The notes below the pieces were generated by a model. The model had not been told where the DNA came from, did no database searches, and worked only from the letters and a program-made list of their open reading frames with translations. From positions 62,001-126,000 of the forward strand of contig NOWV01000016.1 of assembly GCA_003344405.1 (NCBI GenBank): DNA of 64,000 nt, in the 5' to 3' direction. This DNA comes from Trichoplax sp. H2 (lineage: Eukaryota). Positions within the stretch are counted from its first letter, which is position 1. Every line of letters starts with the position of its first letter. Made by a program: the position numbers and the translations under genes. Below are positions 41,919-54,966 of the stretch, piece after piece.

Positions 41919-44333
41919 TTACTTCAGCTATAAAAATAATAAATGAAGATAATGTTAAAGGTTAGGAATTGATGAGGAAATGAATTCTAAATCATAATCA
42001 CCAACTTGGTGTATTGTATGACCATCGTGGAATCCTGGCTGTTGAGATGAAACCGGAATAGCGCATTGGTCAGGTTGGGCATAACCGCCTGCTTGAGACA
42101 TTGGGTGCGATAAGCCAGAAACCTAAAGATTTGAATTTAAATAATATTGCAGTTTCTATCAAAAATGTAAAACTCTCTGAACTGCTGCTTAAGCTCTTAC
42201 AGTAGTTTCTAATAAACGAAGCGAAACTAGCTATTTCAGTTAGCGTTGAATGATGATAGAACAATGTAATTAGTGAGTTTTATTATTACTGCACCGACAA
42301 CGAAGCAATGAATACCTGAAAATGACTGCTAACTGATACATTGCCACTTGATGAACCACTATTACTAGTGCTCAAGGGTATGGGACCCAAATATATATCA
42401 GGTTGTTGTTGGTCAACAAGCATTCCTTGCTGCGATTGGTTACGAATCGATGGTTGCACTTGTGGATGGTGCGAATGTGACAAACTTCCTGATGTCGACG
42501 TAGACGCTTGAGTTAATCCTAAATTGCCTTCTGTACCTAGCGTAAAAGTATACTTTTATTAGATTATATAATATTTAGATTTAGTAAATAATTGTACAAA
42601 GCAATATTATGATCAACTTTCTAAACCTGAGCCGCTCTCATGTTGATTTCTGGATGTTTGCGCTGCTTTAATAGCGTACATGCTTGCCTCCTCTTGAGCT
42701 TTTCCAATATTCTTTTTATACCGAATTCTTTTATTACCAAACCAATTAGAAATCTAAACAAATTGAAATTAATGAAAGTAGCACCGTTTAGAGTAAAAAT
42801 TTATCGATCCCTAACATACGAAGATATATAAGATTGACTAGTGTACTTTAGTGTATACAAATAATGAAAGGTTTTCGAAATTCTTACCTGAGAAATGGTA
42901 ATATCACACTTTCTAGCTAATTCTTCCTTGATCTCTTCGCTGGGATAAGGGTTACTTAAGTGTGAGTAAAAATACTCGTTTAGAATTTCAGTGGCTTGTT
43001 TACTAAAGTTACGTCTTTTCCTTCTGTAAGAAAAATATCCTATAATTACTGGGCGTTTTCAACATCATCCGAAAGTATAATCATTGTATTGTTCGATAAA
43101 GCAATGTCGTATACCTCGCATCTAAGTAGCGTGATCTTAAGATCATAAGTGCTTCGCATGTACTTTGTTTCAGTTGAACTTGAATTGCACTAAATTTACG
43201 ATGGATTATACTGACCATCCGGTCCATCTCTTTAGGGGTAATCGGTCTCGTTCTGGATTGTTCGCTTAATAAATTTTTTACGTGTGTGGTAAATTCATTA
43301 CAAGCCTAATGAATTAAAGTCGATATAAAGTCAATAATAAGTTTTTTACTTGTTTGTTGATAGCTCATGTTACCTGTTCATATTTTTCCAATTCAGAATG
43401 GTAGATTTGACGAATTTGATTTAATTTTGCATGATAATCAGAATGATCAATTTGGCTTTCGCCATGAACAGAAGCACTAGCAGTAGCAGCAGCAGCAGCA
43501 GCAGCAGAAGCACCTTTATCGGGCCCAATTATTCCTTCAGAAATCAACATATTATCTAATCGCGTTAATTGTTGATCGGGAGGATCTTCCTCGGAAGGTG
43601 TTCGAATATTTAGCACTGTACATACATATCACATAGACCACAGTGAAGTATTCCGAGTTTATGTGTTAAATTAAAAGAAAAAAAAAGAGTGATTAATTTA
43701 TAGTCTAACAGATATAACCATTACTTCTATTCTTATTCATAGGTTTGTATTGATCGTTTATTAAATAATACCTGTCTTTTCCTTAATTTCATATAGAACG
43801 CCGTACAGGGTAGGCTTTAGGCGATGTGAATTTAGAGCATGCTTACTAAAATTTATGGAGAATAAAAATAAATCTTAATATTGATACATAAAGAAGATAA
43901 GGAAGTGTTCTACAGTATAAATAATAATAATGCTATATTGAACAGGCGCCAATTACATATTAGATTAGTTGAAATATTGATCCTTGCAACATATTATTCT
44001 TAGTTAAAACTATAACTCAATCTAGGTAAGTTTAGTTGAACAGAGCGAAAGCTGTAATATTAGATTAGATTACTACCGTGCTTGTGCTTCATCCAATGAT
44101 TGTTCATTTATTGACATTATTTGTTGTAATAATTCAGAAACGTCCGGACGACGACCATCTACGTCATCAGGTAATTTGTTAACATCCATCCCATGTGATG
44201 ATCCAACTTGGCCAGTGTTTGTGGGAACATGACCAATATTTGTAGGATGTGACGTGACTTGCGTTCCAATTGGTACACCTGGAGGTACAGTAGTTACAGT
44301 AACTGCTAAATGACGATGATGGGAAGGATGCAT
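41919..44333 (-). CDS. PBX: PBX/extradenticle TALE-class homeobox protein (PBC domain plus homeodomain)
   Basis: [48 protein letters not shown], poly-Ala linker, [76 protein letters not shown]. The start codon and final exon are less certain (stop at 41919-41921, or 41956-41958 if the last intron is read through). Confidence 0.97.
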
Positions 44334-47300
44334 GATCCTCGATTTTTTTTCCTACAATAATTGAACGCTTGATGACACCTATTATTAAGGAACGAAAGTA
44401 AGTAAAGTTCTAATTAATTTTGTCAATTAATGCAACTAATTATACTACATCACTGGATGTACGCGTATTCTGATATCCACGTGTTTAAGTAATAGAAATC
44501 TCTTCGCTTAAACTCTTCTTGATTATAATTATTAACTGTAGTTGGTATATCTCAAACTGTACATGATATACATTATACAAATATTACAAATTTTTCCCTA
44601 TAAAAATTAAACTATCCAGTATCATAAAAACGAAATAAATCAAGATTGATATTGTCTATTGCATAACAAGGGTTTATTTTAAACTTTTATCGGGGTTTGA
44701 GTATTTAAAGAAAATTTTTTTGGGTAATTAGCAGTCACTCCCGATGAGATTAAACAATTATGGATAAAGGACAAGACTTTAACGTCATTAAATTAATCAC
44801 AGACAATACTGAGCAATACTAGACTACCATTTCTATTGCCTTTTTTGGTTAGAATTTAAAACTTTTATCTGTTGGTATTGATAATAAATGAGATGTTGAG
44901 TAATAATACGAGTAATATAAAAGAATTGTTTGTTTGTTTATTTGTGATATACGTATGTATAAAAGATATATAAAATAGTCTAATAGATAGCTGAGGTTAA
45001 GTGAAGAAGTCATGATTGTATAAAATGTACTGCTAACTCTTTATAATAACATATGTAGTCTTGAATGATTAACTTTCTTTGCCTCGTACTTATTTTTCTG
45101 TACTAACTCGTTATATGTTAGAATTGTACACATTTATTACATTTACTTTTGTTCAGATAAAATAGCTACAAATATCCAGGATACTGTTAATAAATATCAA
45201 CTATATAAATTGCATACAATAGTATCAAGAAAGTTAAATTGAAAGATTGGAAAGGTTGAATGAAATAGGTTATGGTTAAAAGCGTAGTCTGTTAGTTATT
45301 GTTGAAGATTTAGTTAAATTATTTATTATTACACCCTTTCAGTTTTGAAGGCCGCCCTAATTATAATTAAAAAAAGACAAAGCCTACAGTACTGTACAGT
45401 AGACGGTAATACAAAATCACTGTCTAACAGTAACTAAAATAGGATACTGCTACATGGTATACAAGTATATAATATATATATATACGTATAATAAAAATGC
45501 GTCTCATCTATTTCATTGGATATCATTAAAATACGTGAGAAGAAAGTTTCTGCTATCATTATTCGAGCGGATAGTACTGAAACACAGAATGAATGTTCGA
45601 TATCATTGGATGAATAAAAACAGTATTTTTTCAGTTGTAATTCAGTTATGAATAATAATAATTCTCTATCTGCATGATAAAAGAGTTTTTACCTATGGTG
45701 CTATCATAAATATAATTAATAATCCACGCTACGATATCCTGCATAAGAGTATTTTTTAACACTTTTGCATAATCGACATAAAAAGTAGCGCACGCAAAGT
45801 TTATAAGTATTATTTGCAAGGAATATAGATTATAATCGCCAAAAGTTGAATAAAAAAATGTCGATCAATTAGCAATTACTGAATAGAATTGATATCATGA
45901 AATTTACTTTAGTGATTGGTTTTAACTTGCAAATGGAAAACTATAACAAATCTCTACGGTTATATTGCTAAAACTTGGATATTCTTTGAATAGTAAATAA
46001 TCCGTTAGATAAATGTCTCTATGCGTCTATGAACGGATGTAGTGTATATTTAAGGATCATCTTATTACTTTTAATAAACAGTGATACAGAAAGAATTTAA
46101 TCCCATTTTTCATCAATTAAAAATTCTTTACGATAGAGAGATAAGATTACTTTGATTTAATGTTGCGCCTAGGTAATTTCTTATCACTACAGTATTCTAC
46201 ATGCTAACTTGAAAAATTGGCATATCTTTGAGTGAGTCAAATTGTTGGATAGATCAATACCATATGAAAAAATGTCATTGTAGTACAAAAGTGGAATTAT
46301 GCCAATATTGATTATAATATAATCTGTTTAATATGTATACTCTTACGGAAATTTTACATCGAAAATGATATATGGTAAAATCTAAGATTGAATATACTGT
46401 ATTGCTAGTGTTACAATATTCAACTTTATGATAATAATCTTCTATACTCATAGCAATTTTTATATTGAATCATTATTTAGCACAGATCGTCAGTATAGTG
46501 ACAGGTACAACATTTTTACAGTATTGACTGCATTGTGTACTATTAATACAAGCATCCCGTTGGCATTCATGGCAAGAATGTATAGAGAAAATGGAATCAA
46601 ATTGTCTATAAGATTGCAACTATCGATCATGAAATAAATTTATCGCTGTCTTACTTTTAAAAAATTTACATTTGAAGTAAACTATTCAGTACAGTAAATA
46701 GTCATGACATAAGCGCACTTGGAATTGAATATTATAAAAAAGTTGTTAATAACATATTTATCTAGTCTAAACTGCTATCCTATTACTTTTCATTTTTTTT
46801 TTTTGGGGGGGGAGGCATAGATCGATTTACTGCTTCAATCTGATAATGTATTACTTTACTGGAAAGCATTGCTCATTTTATATGTCAACAGGCTATTCAT
46901 CCATCATCCAAGCAAATTGTATCCATGCTTACAGTACTAGGATAGTGTATCCAATCAATCCGTCATTATCGTATTTAATATGTTGGTAAAGTCAAGGCAT
47001 AAGCGCTGAGTGCTGCATCTATGTTCTATAGGATTATCAAAAGATAGGATAAAAAAAATGTTTCGTTTTTATCCTTTGTGTCATGTACGCAGATGTATTT
47101 TACGATTCTATAGCCTTTTCCAAAGTACGCGTTGTTATGAAATATTGAGATAAGAAAGTTCCATCTACAAGATAGATGATGTTCGTGTAGAGCAAACTTT
47201 GAGACATTCATTTTGCACTCGTATGTATGATTATGCCTTGAAGATCTTAAGTTAAAAAATTGACAAAGAATATTCAACTACTGCATCTAGACCTGTACCA

Positions 47301-49579
47301 GAATCAAGCAGATACAGACTGTACGCGTATATTCCAGCTTAGATGAGGATTACAGTATAATCTTGTATTATGTACGTCCAATTGTATTTTTGAATTTTTT
47401 CCAATTTGTCAAGCATTATTATTGGATGAATAGTGCAAATATCCTTACATACTAATACTGTATGATTAGAAGCCTAGCCATATAAAAAAGTAGAAGTAGG
47501 CAACGATTACAGTGATACAATGGAAAATACAAAAAGTGGTCCACCTATGATGATGATGATCAATTTATAATAGTTATATTAATTATTTTCTATCATTCGC
47601 TTAAGCGTTATGTTTGTCTATTGGATGTAAACGATTGATCTGGATGTTCCATCAATTGTTTATTGACGTAGAAGATATAATCCATCATGCTGCTAGTGGA
47701 AATGAGTTGAACAGTTTGTAAACTGATTGCAGTCTAGATACAATGGCAAAAATGATGATGGTGGCTAAGCTTCAACTATTTTCCAAGTTCATCGGTGACA
47801 ACATGATTTTAAGCATCCATAACGTCAACTGCTGTAAACTAAGATAAATTGTCAAGTTGTTTTCTTTACAAATATGGAGACAAAAAAAAAAATTGAATTG
47901 CAACTTGATCGTGTGAACAACATAAGGAGTCAAAGTGCTTTCCATTAAACTTTTATATATACATTGATGTTTGGTAAGTCATCATCATTGTTGATGATTA
48001 ATTTGGATGTGCCTTGTATGGAAGATGATGGACTGAATGCAGTCTTCAGAATGAAATTTTATTGGTGTAACTACAGTAGTTACTATTTATTCTTTTCTGA
48101 CTATATATCGACACGACGATCGCAATACTATACTGGACACCGGCATATGATCAACGAACTTGGTCACTTTTGAAATCATTGTCCGCCAAAAACTACTACT
48201 CTACCCTCTTCCATTTGACTACTTATCGTCCGTGATCATCATCATTTTCTACGATGCAGTCTGACGTTCAAGCCCAATTGAATATTTGGTGTGTACGAAT
48301 AAAAACTGAAATTCATTAGGAAAAAGTAGCTAAAAAATGAATCGACCTTTTTACTTTGTTACTGTATAAAAATGCAGAGTTAAATAGGTTAGATCGAAAA
48401 TTGGACCCTATTGCGATATACTGTCGTAGTCGTTTCTCTCTTGGATAGATTGCATTTGAAAAACTATGGCTCACTACTACTGGTATCGTTGGTCTACTTA
48501 AAAGGATGGGATTATCCTGGTGAATTGGATGAAACTACCCTAATGAGTGGATCGAGTAGAATGGATTGTTGCATTGCTTGTTGCTACCGTTTGGAAAGAA
48601 TGGAAGTCGTATGTAGATCAAGTTTGTATTTAGATAGGCAGATAGACCTGTAAAAATATAGCGAGTACTGCACTGATTGGAACGTTAGTCAATGACGTCG
48701 ACGACAAGAATTCCGCCATTGCACCCGTTATGGTCAAAATGGAGTGTCTAATATCATCATTATTGTGCAAGTCAATGGAGAAAAGTATAGCTGTCATGAT
48801 TCAAAGAGAATTAAAAGTGGAATGGCGACAATATACAACATCCATAGTGTAAACGCGTCCAATCCATCTTCTCAGGCGATGTCAAGGCAAAAGGTAGACA
48901 GACTAACATGTATTCATTATTGTCGATCATCGATCAAATCTACTCATAACGTTGTTGCATGCTATTTTAAGTGGATCCATGATGGTAGTGTGCTATTGAT
49001 CAACCCTTTATCAAAAGCTAACAACAACTACGAAGCTCTAACCACGGTGATGGAAAAAAATGTATCCGAGGAAAACCCTGCAAGCCAAGGCAATTATCTC
49101 TCCAACGCTGAAGGCTTGATCCACTGTAAATCATCTCATCATCAACATGCTATTTTAGCCATAACAAATACTAACTTGTATCCTCTTTGCTTGTCCGGAT
49201 TAGATCGCTTTATCCTTCAATGCCTTGAACTTCTTGATTTTACAGCAGGATCGAACAGTTTCTTTCATTAGTGAATTTCCGCACCTTTATAATCGCAAAT
49301 TGACTTTTTTTCCCACACTCCAAAACCATACAGACGCCCAAGGTCTGTCGTCTCTTTTGAGTGGGTTCAACGCCGTACTGTTGGCTATATGGTGGGGGAG
49401 GGGGGGGGGGGCATTTGACAACCCTTGTGTAAGAGGGTTGAGGCTGGACACCGACAAGATGGATGACAACGCCATACTGTAGGGTAGCCTACGTTGGCCA
49501 GTTTGGGCTATTCTACTATGGTTTCGTTTGCATACACAACTTCCCTGGTCTCCATTCATTGTAGGCTACCGTATGACAG

Positions 49580-49830
49580 GCTGACTACTGTACAGAACGA
49601 TACATTCAACACCTTGTACTGTACATTGTACTGTACTTTACAGTATGTTCCCCTACTGTACACTGTACTGTACTGCAGGGGAATTCATCAATGGAACCTA
49701 CAGTCCATCACTCAGGTGACAGTACTGTGCACTGTAGAGTACGTACTATGGGCACTCCAGCAACTTTTTGCGCCTTTTTTGTATACCCATACACGACACG
49801 CAACTCTAGTCTACTGTATACCGTACAGCT
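49580..49830. repeat. TACAG/CTGTA cluster, probable distal PBX promoter
   Basis: ttgtactgtacattgtactgtac...ctactgtacactgtactgtactgcag, next to a GC-richer island at 49300-49560. Confidence 0.75.
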
Positions 49831-50125
49831 GCGCCACTGTTTCGCCACTCAACGATCAAAACGGCAATTGTACTCTAGCCACAAAACATGGCAGGAACGC
49901 AAGATTCCGGCGTAACCATGGCAGCATCGATGATTTGATTAACTCCTCCGGATGATACATTACATCATTAATCTGTCTCCTGTACATGTCCAATAGCTCA
50001 ATTTTGGTGAATATTTTGCATTCACTTAACCTTATTAATGAACATGAATCAATCATCCACGATCTCTCTAAATTTACTCTAATTCCGTATTCGATAGACA
50101 CCAATGCATCAGAAATCTTCTCCTA

Positions 50126-50445
50126 TCCAGTCATACGCTAGGAGATACGTTATAAGAGCGATAGACTAGAATCAATTCTATTCTAAATGGAATTCAATAC
50201 AGTGACATGAGCCAATTCGTTTTCTTCTACCGGTAAATAGCATTTTGTTTTTGACACCTTCAACGTCCTACTCCATTTTAGACTGTCCAGTCAGACGCTA
50301 GGAGACACGTAATAACAACGATAGAGTAGAATCAATTCCATTCTAAATGGAATTCAATACAGTGACATGAACCAATTCGTTTTCTTCTACCGGTAAATGG
50401 CATTTTGTTTTTGACACCTCCAACGTCCTGCTCCATTTTAGACTG
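50126..50445. repeat. Direct tandem duplication, 160 bp x2
   Basis: tccagtca[t/g]acgctaggaga...ctccattttagactg starts at 50126 and 50286. Confidence 0.95.
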
Positions 50446-53400
50446 AATTATTCCCTGACTAAAATAGCTACATTGACAGTCATGATTAATATCCAACCAT
50501 AAATAGATGTAGACATATTTAGCATACTTGAATTACTCTATAGTAGATGCTATAAATCAATCAAGAAGAAGAACCATTGTAATCAATAGTATCATTTGTA
50601 AATTACAACGGTAGTCATAACCAGTCTAAGTCATGGCAACACAGATTATATAATCGATGCCTGGAAGTAGTATTAAATATCAACCGTGCAATATTGAGCT
50701 TCCACACTGACTGCATCGCACCAGTTCAATCATTATATAGAGATAATTGTAAGAATAGGTTTGCAAGTAAATATCACACAAAATTCAAGATATCAAAATA
50801 AAACGTACGGACTGTATCAAATTAATTTCTTAGCGCATATTTTGGGGGTATTTTAGAGCATGCTAGATAGATTGCTATACTCTTACTTTCAGTAAGCTGC
50901 AGTACTAATGACAGCAAGATAAGCGAAGCAGTGGTCATGATTTCCAATAGAATAATACATAGTAACGCTCATGGTCAATACATTACTGCTACAGTATTGA
51001 CTGCTAGCTCTATATGATCACTTGTCATTCTCGCAGCGCATGTAACGCATTAGAATAAATTTCTTGTCATAACAGTTGAATGTTCTTGTACTTTGACGAT
51101 GAAGCTTACAAGCATTCAATACTCTAATGGGTGCCTAGGTTGTACTATTTTAGCAGTCATTGGCAACAGTGATGTTACAAATTTTAGCGATGATTGCATC
51201 TCATAAATGGCATCGTAATAAAGAATTTTCTTTAATCTTAGAAAGGTAGGACTTGGGAGGATACAATTTTTGTAATTCAGTTAATTTTAGTTAAATCTCT
51301 GCTCGGTGAAATAAACTTTTTTTCATTAATACTTGCTATTATGATTAGTGTACTAGCGAGTAGCCCGTTGTCGAATGAATTTTTATAGCTTGTATTCAGT
51401 CATAAACAAGTAATATTGATTACAATGAGGATGCACAATTACTTTTATGTGCCGATCACGACTAGATATTCCGAATGTTGGGAATTACTCATTCAATGAA
51501 TGATTTTATACAGTATTCTAATTGAAAATACACAGAAATTATCGCTATATACGAAATTATCCTTGTAAAGGGTTGTCATTTTTGGTCCTGAAAAGATTAA
51601 AACGCGAGACAGCTATACTGTATAACGCAATAAAAATAACTGTGTACAGTATCATTTGAATAGTCAACGATAATAACCTTGTCCTATGTACATAATATAT
51701 TCAATGCTTCTAATAGCTGTTTTATCAAAGTAATTCAGACTTTGGATTCTAGCCACTTTCTTATCCAATACACAGTAATACTGTAGATATAGTATGACAA
51801 TAATGCAGAACACCACCTCCACCAAATGAGCGGCTAAAAGTTTTACTACAGGACATGAGTTTTTCCGTTATTCATGTAGTAATGTACTAGATAGAACGTA
51901 GTATGTCTCCATCATACAATCATATATAAATGTATATATATCACGGTATAAAATATATTTAGCTATTCATTAATACACAAGATGATATATTATTTATGAA
52001 TAACCAGCATAATTGCTTGCATGTGTAAAAAGACAATCTACGACAACCATTACAATATTAGTTATATTATTTGGGGATATATCATATCGGACTACCTGCA
52101 AAGAGTGAAGTCTTGTATCTTGATTTCAAGTTTTTCGAAGTTTCAGTTATATTTGAGTCCCGTCTTGAAGTTCCCTATTAAACCGATAATAGCGACGACA
52201 TTAGAAATTATCCATCCACTAACCCGAAATTGAGTTTCTGTAGCATGTAGTACACTTGGTAATCACCACCAAATATAAAATGTTAATCATAATCAAGGTT
52301 TCACAAGTGGAATGATGCATGTTGTACAGGTTTGATGAAATTAGAAGCAGCTCATATGCGTATTATACTGACTACTAGTAGACTGTAAAAGCTAAGCGAT
52401 CAAAAATTAAGGATTGGTTTAGGTCAAACAAACGACTACGTGAAAATTTTTATCGCATACAGTGTATAGCAATCAGATATGAACTAATACAGAATATATT
52501 ACTACGATTGCTATAGTTATATAAGCACATAAGGAGTAAGAGTAACTGTCTTTCTGGGGTTTAATTTCTGTATTTTACATTTCATTGAACTACAAGCTTA
52601 TCAATACTTTGATTGCTATGCAGGCATATGAGTTTACTACATCAGGGTAGTCATTTCAGGTGATTATTGATCATGAAAGATTATACGAAATTTATAGTAT
52701 ACTCGTAGCAGTATGCAAAGGGAAATAACAAGTCATTGGATGGGCAATGTAGCGGCAAGTAACACAGTATATTATTGTGTATTTAATAGTTTTTTTTATT
52801 TATTTTTTATTCTAATTCAAGATGGACTTAATGTACGTACAGACAAGTTCAATTTTAAAATTTAGATTGAGATATTTTGCTAAGATTCATCAACTATACG
52901 GGTTATAAAGTAGAATATTTTTGCATGTAAATGAAGGACTTTCATAATGATACTTACTTTGTCAACTTGGTCCAGCCACCAAGAGCTCAAACGTACTTTG
53001 CCCTATGATTGTCTGTACTGTATCAACAGTCTGGATGGAATTGTATTTGAATAAGAATTAAACTTTTGATTTCTCTATTGTCTTGATTCGATTTACTAAT
53101 TATTATTATTTATGGATGGAGCCAATTTTATTGCCGGTATTTTCAGCGGTACAATATACGGTCTTACAACTACCACACTTTCTGATTTTATTCCAGTAAG
53201 TTTTGTCTATTATCTGTCTCGTATGATTGTATATAGCACGATCTATCTAGTCTTTTATATGCTAAATTGAACTCTTTATTAATTCTTTTATTCTTTTATA
53301 ATATCCTTTAGGGCAAGTAAAGTCGGTGAACATTCTCTCTCCCCTAGCAAAAAATGGAAACAAATAAAACAAAGTACAATAGCGGCTGATATTGGTTTTC

Positions 53401-53723
53401 AACGGGATACGTGCGTGATGCCGTAGCTGCACAACACTTTTAAGACGCCTACGATATTACCACAACAGTATAGTTTGGCATGACTCGGAAGGTAAGGTAC
53501 AGAATACGATCCTATAGTACAATCAAAATTAATGTCACTATTGGCGTATTCACTTCCTGCGGTACTCCTTCGATAGAGTTTTGCATTCATTCATGAATTA
53601 ATTATCCCATAGGGTAGAGTATGGTAGTAATAACGTCATGATTATTATTATTTTTATATTGTTGGTAATTTTGAATTGTAGTGAGTACATGTCACTCTTT
53701 AACATCCTTCAATTTAATAGTAG

Positions 53724-54260
53724 TGATGTTCCGTGCTGAAGCAGATATAATATATATATATAGATATATATGTAAAGTGGATGTCTTTGGTTGAAATTGA
53801 ACAGCTTTTATGATGTTCAGCGCTGAAGCAGATATAATATATATATAGATAGATAGGATAAAGTGGATGTCTTTGGTTGAAAATTGAACAACTTTTATGA
53901 TGTTCAGCGCTGAAGCAGATATAATATATATATAGATAGATAGGATAAAGTGGATGTCTTTGGTTGAAAATTGAACAACTTTTATGATGTTCAGCGCTGA
54001 AGCAGATATAATATATATATAGATAGATAGGACAAAGTGGATGTTTTTGGTTGAAAATTGAACAACTTTTATGATGTTCAGCGCTGAAGCAGATATAATA
54101 TATAACATAGGTTATATATATAGATATATAGGATAAAGTGGATGTCTTTGGTTGAAAATTGAACAACTTTTATGATGTTCAGCGCTGAAGCAGATATAAT
54201 ATATATATAGATATATAGGACAAAGTGGATGTTTTTGGTTGAAAATTGAACAACTTTTAT
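53724..54260. repeat. Minisatellite, 87 bp unit, about 6 copies
   Basis: tgatgttcagcgctgaagcagatataatatatatatagatagataggataaagtggatgtctttggttgaaaattgaacaactttta at 53724, 53811, 53898, 53985, 54072 and 54173. Confidence 0.97.
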
Positions 54261-54344
54261 TATGGAAAAATTCAACAAAGTCATAAAGTGTTTCCACAGT
54301 AATTTCCGTAGTTTACATAGACTTGAGTAAAAAAAAGCAAAAGT

Positions 54345-54450
54345 TGTACTGAGGTGTAGTAAGGAAGGCGATAGTGTACTGTAGGTGGTGTTAACTTAAC
54401 TAGCCAAGTACAGTACAGTATGTATGTACTCTACTGTATCTGTATTGGTA
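54345..54450. repeat. TACAG/CTGTA cluster upstream of glomulin
   Basis: gtgtactgtagg...aagtacagtacagtatgtatgtactctactgtatctgta. Confidence 0.65.
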
Positions 54451-54966
54451 TCGGTATACTATAGACTTCATCATGGATGAGCCCCCTGACTACTCGATCT
54501 ACGCGTAGTAGTCCATGAAACAGCTTAAAGTATTTCGTTTTAGACAACCTTTTCCTCCAATTTGGAGATTTGCTTGTTTATCTTGCTACATTACTCCTTT
54601 CTGTCCTTTGTACATTTTGACGGCTCTCTCTAGACATTATTCTACCACTTTATTTAGAAGTAGAGAGCTGTCTGCCCTCATCATATCTCCATCTCCATGG
54701 GTCCGTACTGGCAACACTCTGTAGCTGACTAGCAGTAACCAATCACGTCATCGACTCTTAATTCATTCAATCTTCTCTAATCGTAGGTGAAAATTCTGCT
54801 GACATTTTTCGTCTTATTAGGTGCTTACATGATCGTTTACTATAATTGACTCATTTTGAAAGCTATTCTCTTTCATTAACTTTATAATGAATGTATTGGG
54901 ATATTTTTAGACTCTTTTAGCATCTTATATTACGCCTATGGTGACCAGAGTAAATGAAAACCAACC

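Noticed and set aside
48744-49271. 175-aa plus-strand ORF upstream of PBX
   Set aside because: GTG start, no recognisable motif; more likely antisense to the PBX leader or promoter. Not fully excluded.
53692-54297. Repetitive ORFs of 61-150 aa on the minus strand
   Set aside because: By-products of an 87-bp (multiple of 3) satellite; open in several frames, low complexity.
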